From contig CAXNIC010000001.1 in assembly GCA_964201945.1 (NCBI GenBank), forward strand, positions 1 to 60,980: a stretch of DNA of 60,980 nt, written 5' to 3'. A model generated the notes under the pieces. The model had not been told where the DNA came from. It saw only the letters and a program-made list of their open reading frames with translations, and did not search any database. Each line of letters starts with the position of its first letter. Position 1 is the stretch's first letter. Origin of the DNA: Alphaproteobacteria bacterium (GTDB lineage: Bacteria > Pseudomonadota > Alphaproteobacteria > SHVZ01). This document shows, in pieces, positions 37,839 through 44,751 of this stretch. A program made the position numbers and the translations under genes.

Positions 37839-38801
37839 TCAGCTCACCTTCCGGAACTTGTGCAGCGAGCGGAGGCCTTCCGGGCGCGGCACGTCGGGAT
37901 AGAAGGTCGGCCAGTTGGTCCAGGAGACCTCGCCGACATAGATGTCGCCGTGGCTGTCGACGGTGATGCCGTGCGGCGCCTGGAATTCGGTCGGCCCGAG
38001 GCCAGGCCCGGTCTTGGCACCGATGCGGGCGAGCCGCTTGCCGGTATGGTCGACGACGCTTAAGCGCGGGCCGATGTTCGGCACGTTGCGATTGACCGGC
38101 ATACCGGGTCCAAGCTCGCCGATGTAGCAGACCGGGCATTTTCCGGCCGGCATGAACAGCGCGCAGGGCCGATGGATGTTGTTCCACTGCCCCTGGTAGC
38201 GGCCCTCGCCGTCGAAGATCTGGATGCGGTGGTTCTCGCGGTCGGCGACATAGACGAGGCCGTCGCCGTCGCAGGTGATGTTGTGGACGATATTGAACTC
38301 GCCCGGATCGGTGCCCGGACCGCCCCAGGATTTCAGCAGTTTGCCGTCGGGCGAGAACTTGTGGACCGATGAGTTGCCGTAGCCGTCCGACACGTAGATC
38401 TCGCCCTTCGGCGACAGCGCCGTGTGGGTGCAGCGATGGAACGGCAGCCCGCTCATGTAGGGCGTCGGCTTGCCGGGAACCCCGATCTCCAGCAGCACCT
38501 TGCCGTCCAAGGTGCATTGCCGGACGGTGTGGTCGCCGTCGTCGGTCAGCCAGACCGTCTCGTCCGGTCCCATGTGCAGGCCGTGCGCACGCGGGAAGAT
38601 CCCCTCGCCCCAGCTCTTGATGAAATTGCCGTCGCGGTCGAAGACGATCATCGGATGCTCGCCGCGATTGAAGACGTAGACATTGTCCTTGGCATCGACG
38701 CCGACCGAGCCGATCTCCTTGAACGACCAGCCCGCCGGCAGCTTGGCCCAGTTCTCCACCGGCTCGTAGGTCCACTCGCCCTCGCCCACCTTGACCGTCA
38801 T
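37839..38801 (-). CDS. NHL-repeat beta-propeller, peptidyl-alpha-hydroxyglycine alpha-amidating lyase (PAL)-like family
   Basis: Repeated ..D..GN.YV.D..NHR.. blades (VYVADRENHRIQIFD, IYVSDGYGNSSVHKF). No signal peptide. Confidence 0.7.
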   Translation of the reverse strand: MTVKVGEGEWTYEPVENWAKLPAGWSFKEIGSVGVDAKDNVYVFNRGEHPMIVFDRDGNFIKSWGEGIFPRAHGLHMGPDETVWLTDDGDHTVRQCTLDGKVLLEIGVPGKPTPYMSGLPFHRCTHTALSPKGEIYVSDGYGNSSVHKFSPDGKLLKSWGGPGTDPGEFNIVHNITCDGDGLVYVADRENHRIQIFDGEGRYQGQWNNIHRPCALFMPAGKCPVCYIGELGPGMPVNRNVPNIGPRLSVVDHTGKRLARIGAKTGPGLGPTEFQAPHGITVDSHGDIYVGEVSWTNWPTFYPDVPRPEGLRSLHKFRKVS

Positions 38802-39011
38802 CTCAGTCCCTCCCGTTAGCGGCGTCCGCGACCCTAGCTCGTCTCTCTGCGATGCGTCGTAGGCATCTCGCGTGTAACGGCTTGTTTCAAGTTTGAACGC
38901 TCGACACGCGTCGTTACTCGTCCGTCCTCGCTTGGCTCCACCGGGAAAGCTAGCGTCCGCACGTCGGCAGACCAGCGTCGACCATACCGGAAGGCGGCCG
39001 ATAGGAAAAAG

Positions 39012-39125
39012 ATGACCGCCCCGGAATTATTTGCCGGAACGGGGACACAGAATGTGCACCTCGTGAGTTTCATTGATAAAAATTCCGAGTTTTACTTAAT
39101 TTTACTTGGCATATTACTTGAATGA
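39012..39125 (+). CDS. Candidate 37-codon upstream ORF / leader peptide (MTAPELFAGTGTQNVHLVSFIDKNSEFYLILLGILLE)
   Basis: ATG 39012 lies 5 nt after AGGA. The frame is open through the AT-rich spacer. Four TTA codons plus ATA, ATT and CTT. Speculative. Confidence 0.2.
   Translation: MTAPELFAGTGTQNVHLVSFIDKNSEFYLILLGILLE
39073..39100 (+). promoter_or_regulatory. Sigma-70-like promoter candidate for the EF-hand gene
   Basis: -35 TTGATA (39073-39078), 16-nt spacer, -10 CTTAAT (39095-39100), inside the AT-rich spacer. This is mutually exclusive with the leader-ORF reading. Confidence 0.3.
39090..39119 (+). promoter_or_regulatory. Helically phased direct repeats TTTTACTT / TTTTACTT / ATTACTT
   Basis: Copies at 39090-39097, 39100-39107 and 39113-39119, with 10- and 12-bp phase. 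This is the layout used by OmpR/PhoB-type regulators. Confidence 0.35.
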
Positions 39126-39132
39126 GAGAACT

Positions 39133-39149
39133 CGGGCGTAACGCGCCCG
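39133..39149 (+). terminator. Short GC hairpin CGGGCG-TAACG-CGCCCG followed by TCATTTCTAATT (attenuator-like or 5'-UTR structure)
   Basis: 6-bp all-G/C stem read directly. It lies 8 nt after the candidate leader stop and 31 nt before ATG 39180. Confidence 0.3.
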
Positions 39150-39179
39150 TCATTTCTAATTCAACTCAGGAGAAGACTG

Positions 39180-39686
39180 ATGATCGAAGGTATCAATGGC
39201 CGGCCGCCCGCGATGGATCCGGCCGCGATGAAGCAGATGCGCTCGCAGATGTTCGACAAGCTCGACACCAACAAGGATGGCGCCATTGACGCGGCGGAGC
39301 TGGCGGCGGCGAAGGAGCAAACAGCCTCCGAAGGCAGCGATGCGATCGGCGCGGCGAAGCCGCGGCGGAATCCGGCCGATCTTCTGGAGAAGATCGGCGC
39401 CGACGGCGACGGCGACGGCAAGATCACCCGTGAGGAGTACACGACGGCATTCGATGCCTTCGACGAGAAGATGAAGAGCAAGCTGATCGAGGCGCAGAGC
39501 CAAGCCTCGGCCACGCTGCTTGGGGCGAACGATTCCTCGGGCTCGACCAAGTCCTCGCTCGCCGATCTGTTCAAGCAGCTCGATCAGAAGATCGAGGACG
39601 AGAAGGCAGACGGCCAGTCGACCGAGCTCCAGGAACTCGGCGAGCGCCTCGCGGGGTATCTGCAGAAGCTGTTGCAGAAGTCCTGA
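39180..39686 (+). CDS. Two-EF-hand calcium-binding protein, 168 aa
   Basis: AGGAGAAG Shine-Dalgarno. Canonical 12-residue loops DTNKDGAIDAAE (res 29-40) and DGDGDGKITREE (res 75-86). K/E/Q-rich helical C-terminal half. No signal peptide. Confidence 0.8.
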   Translation: MIEGINGRPPAMDPAAMKQMRSQMFDKLDTNKDGAIDAAELAAAKEQTASEGSDAIGAAKPRRNPADLLEKIGADGDGDGKITREEYTTAFDAFDEKMKSKLIEAQSQASATLLGANDSSGSTKSSLADLFKQLDQKIEDEKADGQSTELQELGERLAGYLQKLLQKS

Positions 39687-39690
39687 TGTC

Positions 39691-39729
39691 AGACGGATTG
39701 CGGTCGCAGAAAGCCGCCGCGATCCGTCT
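39691..39729. terminator. 13-bp stem hairpin between the convergent EF-hand and kinase genes
   Basis: AGACGGATTGCGG (39691-39703) pairs with CCGCGATCCGTCT (39717-39729), with one G-U pair and a 13-nt loop. Confidence 0.45.
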
Positions 39730-41159
39730 CAGGTCGATGACCCGCCTGGCAGATGCGCGGTCGCGACCAGACCGCGGACACGGCGGCGACGCAAAGTCAC
39801 GTCGCCGCCGTGGGCGCGCAGGATGTTGCGCGCTACCGCCAAGCCGAGGCCGGTACCGGCGACCGCCTCTTCGCCGGTCGGCGCCAGCCGATAGAAGGGC
39901 CGAAACACCCGGTCCAATTCAGCCTCGGGTATGCCCGGTCCGCGGTCGAGGACAGAGATCGCCACCTCCTCACCGTGCGGCGCCAGCACGACCCGGGCCT
40001 GGCCACCGAACTTGACCGCGTTATCGATGAGATTGGCAATCGCGCGACGCATGCCGATGGGCTGGCACAGCAGCGTCAGATGCGGCGGGCCGCGGTAGCG
40101 GACATCGTGTCCGGCATCGATGAGGTCGTCGCAGACACCAGCGACCAGCACAGCGACGTCGGTCGGCCGTGACGTCTCTTTGTGCGCATCGTGTACCGCA
40201 AAGGACAACGTTTCGGCAACCATCGCCTGCATCGCCTCGACATCGGCGAGCGCCGCACGCCTAAGCTCACTGTCGCTCGACAGCTCCAGCCGAAGCCGGA
40301 GCCGGGTCAAAGGCGTCCGGAGGTCGTGGGAGATCGACGCCAGCATCTCCGTCCGGTCGTCGACGAAACGCCTCAGCCGATCCTGCATCCGGTTGAAGGC
40401 GCGGACGATGACGCGGATCTCGCGTGGCCCCTGCTCGGCGACCGGGTCCGCCGAGCGATCAAGGCCCATCCGTTCGGTCGCCCGTGCGAGCCCCTTCAGC
40501 GGCGCCAGAAGCCGGCTTGCGGCCCAGAGCGAGAGGATAGTTACAACCAGGCCCGCCGACATGAGCCAGGCGACGAAAGGCACGAGCCGCCAGATGCTCT
40601 CGCCGGGGACCAAGGCCGAGAGGACGAGCCAGGTTCCGTCGTCGCCCCGGACGGCGATAGTGAAAGGAGCCAGCACAGGCAGGTTGAGGTCATCCGGCGG
40701 AGGTGCCGGCGGCGACTCGGGTCCGCGTCCGGACAGGCGGGGCATCGGCCCCAGCATCGCAGGCCCCGGGCCGCGGGGCCCCCCGCCGACCAGAACCGCA
40801 TCGACCGGGGTCTTGAGCGCCCGCTCGATCCGGGTGCGCAACCGCTCCTGGGACGGATGCCGACCCGCGCCGGGCGTCTCCGGCCGCTCACGCTGCCATG
40901 CGAGCGAGAACCAGGCCGCCTCCGATCTGGCCGCAAGCAGCGCCGCGCGCTCGGGCGGCGGCACCTCCCAGACCGCCGCCGCGAGGTCGGAGGTCACCTC
41001 TGTCAGCCAAGCGGCGCTGAAGAGCTGCGGTGGCGGCGGCCGGACGAAGAACAGCACGGCGACGCTGATCGTCTGGGTCGCAAACAGGGCGACGACGATG
41101 GTCAGCGCGAGGCGGCCAGCAAGCCGGTCCGGCCACCAAAAGCGCAGCCAGGGAGTCAT
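39729..41159 (-). CDS. Membrane sensor histidine kinase, EnvZ-like (2 TM, periplasmic loop, HAMP, HisKA, HATPase_c)
   Basis: H-box SHDLRTPLTRLR, N-box NLIDNAVKF, G-boxes DRGPGI and GTGLGLAV. Confidence 0.9.
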   Translation of the reverse strand: MTPWLRFWWPDRLAGRLALTIVVALFATQTISVAVLFFVRPPPPQLFSAAWLTEVTSDLAAAVWEVPPPERAALLAARSEAAWFSLAWQRERPETPGAGRHPSQERLRTRIERALKTPVDAVLVGGGPRGPGPAMLGPMPRLSGRGPESPPAPPPDDLNLPVLAPFTIAVRGDDGTWLVLSALVPGESIWRLVPFVAWLMSAGLVVTILSLWAASRLLAPLKGLARATERMGLDRSADPVAEQGPREIRVIVRAFNRMQDRLRRFVDDRTEMLASISHDLRTPLTRLRLRLELSSDSELRRAALADVEAMQAMVAETLSFAVHDAHKETSRPTDVAVLVAGVCDDLIDAGHDVRYRGPPHLTLLCQPIGMRRAIANLIDNAVKFGGQARVVLAPHGEEVAISVLDRGPGIPEAELDRVFRPFYRLAPTGEEAVAGTGLGLAVARNILRAHGGDVTLRRRRVRGLVATAHLPGGSST

Positions 41160-41920
41160 GGTCTCTCCTCGCCCCCGGTCGGCGCCGTTCCGCCGTCCAC
41201 ATCGGCAGTGAACAGGTATCCGCCATTGCGGACAGTCTTGATCAGAGTCGGATGCACCGGATCGGCCTCCATCTTGCGGCGGAGACGCATCACCTGAACA
41301 TCGATCGCCCGGTCGAACACAGCTGCGCCCCGACCGCGGGCGAGGTCGAGCAGCTGGTCACGGGTCAGCACACAATGCGGATGCTCGACGAAGGCGAGCA
41401 GTAGCTCGAACTCCCCGTTGCTGAGCGGCACCAGCGCCTTCCCCGGCGACCTCAGCTCGCGCCGCCGCGCGTCGATCTCCCACCCGGCGAAGCGGAAGAC
41501 CGAAGGCCGCTCGCCAGCGCCCCCAGGCAGGGCACTTGCTCGCCGGAGGATCGCGCGGATTCGAGCCAGCAGCTCGCGCGCGCTGAACGGCTTACTCAGA
41601 TAGTCGTCAGCGCCCATCTCGAGCCCGACGATCCGGTCGGTCTCCTCACCCATCGCCGTCAGCATCAGGATCGGGACGTCGCTCTGTGCACGGAGCTTCC
41701 GGCAGAGGCTGAGGCCGTTCTCGCCCGGCAACATGAGATCGAGCACGACCAGATCGATCCGGCCGACAGACATCACCTGCTGCATCTGCCGCCCGTCGGC
41801 GGCGGATGACGTGCGAAAACCGTTCTGCACCAGCATTTTACTGACGAGGGAACGGATCTCCTTGTCGTCGTCGACCACCAGGATATGCGAGGAACGGGTC
41901 AGGGCAGCACGGCTCTCCAA
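41156..41920 (-). CDS. OmpR/PhoB-family response regulator
   Basis: HILVVDDD..DLVVLDLMLPG..KPF receiver plus a wHTH output (..LTRDQLL..RAIDVQVMRLRRKM..TVRNGGY). TTG start at 41920 is uncertain. The stop overlaps the kinase ATG. Confidence 0.9.
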   Translation of the reverse strand: MESRAALTRSSHILVVDDDKEIRSLVSKMLVQNGFRTSSAADGRQMQQVMSVGRIDLVVLDLMLPGENGLSLCRKLRAQSDVPILMLTAMGEETDRIVGLEMGADDYLSKPFSARELLARIRAILRRASALPGGAGERPSVFRFAGWEIDARRRELRSPGKALVPLSNGEFELLLAFVEHPHCVLTRDQLLDLARGRGAAVFDRAIDVQVMRLRRKMEADPVHPTLIKTVRNGGYLFTADVDGGTAPTGGEERP

Positions 41921-41972
41921 CGTAGCGCGCCCATTCTACGCCGGATCCGCCCGGCGACCGAGCGGCGGCCGG

Positions 41973-41987
41973 GTAACAGACTGTTAC
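41973..41987. promoter_or_regulatory. Perfect 15-bp palindrome GTAACAG-A-CTGTTAC upstream of the response-regulator gene
   Basis: Read directly. It lies 53-67 nt upstream of the RR start and 18 nt downstream of the 2OG-oxygenase stop. Confidence 0.3.
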
Positions 41988-42004
41988 AGAGCGGCCGTGG
42001 CGCC

Positions 42005-42697
42005 CTAGGCCCGCCGCGCGAAGTTCATCGCGATCGACATCCTGACGCCGGAACCCGTATAGCGGGTCACCCGGTGAATCAGCCAGGACGGGAACAGAAG
42101 CAGCATGCCTGTGAGCGGATACACACGCTCGACCAGGCCCGCGGTCAGGCAGTTTTCGATCGTCATCTTCAGATCAGGCGCGTTCGCCATCGGCAACGGC
42201 CCGCGCGGATCGAGGAATTCGACGGCACCGCCGACCACCTCATCGCTGCCGCCGTCGTCGACGTAGAAGATCGCCGACCAATAGCCGCCAGCGTGGTGAT
42301 GCGCCTCGTTCGCCGCTCCGAAGCGGGAGACGTTCGCCCAAGCCGTCACCTCCCAATCAACAGCGAGGCGGCAGAGCTGCGTGCCATCGAACCGCGCTGT
42401 AAGGCCGTCGATCAGGCGGGCGGTGGCGGCGACCAGCGCCTCGCCTTCGCAACCCGCCCAGGTGAGGAGGTCGGTGTCCGACTGCCAGCCGCCGTCGTTG
42501 CTGTGAACCACCCCGGGGACCTCGCGCTCGCGCACCAGAGTGAGCCGGCGGAGCGAGGATACCAGCACCTCGGCTTCCCCGCCCGCGGCCAGCGCGGCGA
42601 CCACCAGCGGGCTCGGAAACAGGCTGCGGATCTGCACGGGCTCGAAGCCGCCAAAAGCGGGGACGACCGTCGTCGTACGCGAGGGCACTGAAAGCAT
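42005..42697 (-). CDS. Putative 2OG-Fe(II) oxygenase (TIGR02466 / 2OG-FeII_Oxy_5-like)
   Basis: WANVSRFGAANEAHHHAGGYWSAIFYV..GAVEFLDPR..LLLFPSWLIHRV..RMSIAMNF pattern. Confidence 0.7.
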   Translation of the reverse strand: MLSVPSRTTTVVPAFGGFEPVQIRSLFPSPLVVAALAAGGEAEVLVSSLRRLTLVREREVPGVVHSNDGGWQSDTDLLTWAGCEGEALVAATARLIDGLTARFDGTQLCRLAVDWEVTAWANVSRFGAANEAHHHAGGYWSAIFYVDDGGSDEVVGGAVEFLDPRGPLPMANAPDLKMTIENCLTAGLVERVYPLTGMLLLFPSWLIHRVTRYTGSGVRMSIAMNFARRA

Positions 42698-42877
42698 GAC
42701 GGTATCCTAGCGCCCGGTCGCCACCCAATCCGGGCACGCTGGTTACGGACAATTGCCGATCTCGGCGGCCGAAACGAGGCGTTACACGAGACCCTGCCGG
42801 AAAAGCGCAGAGAGGTCGCTCTTGCGTCGCCTTCGGGCGCTCGCTAAGCCAGCGTCCTTCGACCAAGGAGACATCGC

Positions 42878-44377
42878 ATGGACGCCGCCGCCCTCCTCTC
42901 GCGCCTCGGCATCTCGCCCGGCGACTTCGCCAAGGGTGACCTCGCCTGCCGCTCGCCGATCGACGGCGGCGAGATCGGCCGGTTGCCATCGACCTCGCCG
43001 GAAGCAACCAAGGCCGCGATCGACAAGGCACATACGGCCTTCCTTGCCTGGCGCCAGGTGCCGGCGCCGCGCCGGGGCGAGCTGGTGCGCCTGTTCGGCG
43101 AGGAGCTGCGGGCGGCCAAGGAGGATCTCGGCCATCTGGTGACGCTGGAAGCCGGCAAGATCGTCCAGGAGGGCCAGGGCGAGGTCCAGGAGATGATCGA
43201 CATCTGCGACTTCGCCGTCGGCCTTTCGCGCCAGCTCTACGGCCTCACCATCGCCTCCGAGCGGCCGGGCCATCGCATGATGGAGACCTGGCATCCGCTC
43301 GGCGTCTGCGGTGTCATCTCCGCCTTCAACTTCCCGGTCGCGGTGTGGTCGTGGAACGCGGCGCTGGCGCTGGTCTCCGGCGACTCGGTCATATGGAAAC
43401 CTTCCGAAAAGACATCGCTGACGGCACTCGCCTGCGCGCGCTTGTTCGAGCGAGCCGCGAAGCGCTTCGGCGGCGTTCCCGACGGGCTCCTCACCCTGAT
43501 CCTGGGCGGCGCCGAGATCGGCCGGATCATGGCCGAGAGCCCGAAGGTGCCGGTGGTCAGCGCCACCGGCTCGACCCGCATGGGCAAGGTGGTCGCCGAG
43601 ACCGTCGCCCGCCGGCTCGGCCGCTCGATCCTCGAGCTCGGCGGCAACAACGCGATGATCGTCGCCCCCTCGGCCGACCAGGAGCTGGCGATCCGCGGCA
43701 TCCTGTTCTCGGCCGTCGGGACCGCCGGCCAGCGCTGCACCACGCTCAGGCGCCTGATCGTGCACGAGTCGATCCATGACGGTCTGGTCGAGCGCCTGCG
43801 GAAGGGTTACGCCTCGGTCCGCATCGGCGATCCGCGCGAGGCCGGCACGCTCGTCGGCCCGCTGATCGACAAGGCGGCCTTCGACGCCATGCAGGCGGCG
43901 CTGACCCAGGCGAAGTCCGAAGGCGGGCAGGTCTTCGGTGGCGAACGCCAGCTCGAGAACCAGTTCCCCGGTGGCTACTACGTACGCCCATCGCTGGCGG
44001 CGATGCCGCGCCAGACCGACACGCTTCGCCGCGAAACCTTCGCGCCGATCCTCTACACGCTCAAATACCGGGAGTTCACCGAGGCGGTCGCGCTCAACAA
44101 CGATGTGCCGCAGGGCCTCGCCTCCAGCGTCTTCACCACGGATGTTCGGGAAGCCGAGACCTTCATGGCGGCGGTCGGCAGCGACTGCGGCATCGCCAAC
44201 GTCAACATCGGCCCATCGGGGGCCGAGATCGGCGGTGCCTTCGGCGGCGAGAAGGAAACGGGCGGCGGCCGCGAGTCAGGTTCGGACGCGTGGAAGGGCT
44301 ATATGCGGCGCGCGACCAACACCATCAACTACTCGCGTGAGCTGCCGCTGGCCCAGGGCATCAAGTTCGAAGTCTAG
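42878..44377 (+). CDS. ALDH7-type aldehyde dehydrogenase (alpha-aminoadipic semialdehyde / piperideine-6-carboxylate dehydrogenase-like)
   Basis: GEVQEMIDICDFAVGLSRQLYG (antiquitin-type segment), ELGGNNA, GTAGQRCTT catalytic Cys. Confidence 0.85.
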   Translation: MDAAALLSRLGISPGDFAKGDLACRSPIDGGEIGRLPSTSPEATKAAIDKAHTAFLAWRQVPAPRRGELVRLFGEELRAAKEDLGHLVTLEAGKIVQEGQGEVQEMIDICDFAVGLSRQLYGLTIASERPGHRMMETWHPLGVCGVISAFNFPVAVWSWNAALALVSGDSVIWKPSEKTSLTALACARLFERAAKRFGGVPDGLLTLILGGAEIGRIMAESPKVPVVSATGSTRMGKVVAETVARRLGRSILELGGNNAMIVAPSADQELAIRGILFSAVGTAGQRCTTLRRLIVHESIHDGLVERLRKGYASVRIGDPREAGTLVGPLIDKAAFDAMQAALTQAKSEGGQVFGGERQLENQFPGGYYVRPSLAAMPRQTDTLRRETFAPILYTLKYREFTEAVALNNDVPQGLASSVFTTDVREAETFMAAVGSDCGIANVNIGPSGAEIGGAFGGEKETGGGRESGSDAWKGYMRRATNTINYSRELPLAQGIKFEV

Positions 44378-44751
44378 GCGGCGGCCTGCGGCAGCAGCGC
44401 CGCGACCGCCTCGACCAACTCCTTCGGCCTAAACGGCTTCGCCATCACCTTGGCGGCGCCGAGTTTCTCGGCCATGGCAAGGAAGTCGCGGTTGCCGGTG
44501 CGGCCGCCGCCGGACATGGCGATGATCAGCACTTCCGGCGCCAGGCGGCGGAGCTTGATGATGGTCTCGATGCCTTCCTGGTTCGGCATGATGATGTCGG
44601 TGATGACCAGGTCGGGCTGGTGCACCCCGAACTTCTCGATGCCGATGAGGCCGTCCGAGGCCTCCTCGACCTGGTGGCCGGCCCGCTCCAGCACCTGCTT
44701 CAGCGCGTAGCGGACCGTCTCGTCGTCATCGATCAGAAGAATCCGCGCCAT
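44374..44751 (-). CDS. Single-domain CheY-like response regulator
   Basis: MARILLIDDDE..DLVITDIIMP..IAMSGGG..AKPF. ATG 44751 behind AAAGGAA. The track ORF extension to 44871 is rejected. Confidence 0.9.
   Translation of the reverse strand: MARILLIDDDETVRYALKQVLERAGHQVEEASDGLIGIEKFGVHQPDLVITDIIMPNQEGIETIIKLRRLAPEVLIIAMSGGGRTGNRDFLAMAEKLGAAKVMAKPFRPKELVEAVAALLPQAAA

Noticed and set aside
38834-39073. 79-aa minus-strand ORF in the PAL/EF-hand spacer
   Set aside because: It has no Shine-Dalgarno, mixed composition, no recognisable motif, and runs through the likely promoter region. Small-protein status cannot be excluded, but nothing supports it.
39107-39121. Sigma-54-like element TGGCAT-N5-TTGA upstream of the EF-hand gene
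   Set aside because: The GG..G spacing is right, but the -12 element reads GA instead of GC and the -24 flank deviates. No enhancer-binding protein (NtrC-type AAA+ activator) is encoded nearby. Kept only as a remote possibility.
39402-39437. Tandem GGCGAC repeats (ggcgacggcgacggcgacggc)
   Set aside because: This is in-frame coding sequence for the DGDGDG part of the second EF-hand loop, not a non-coding microsatellite or CRISPR-like repeat.
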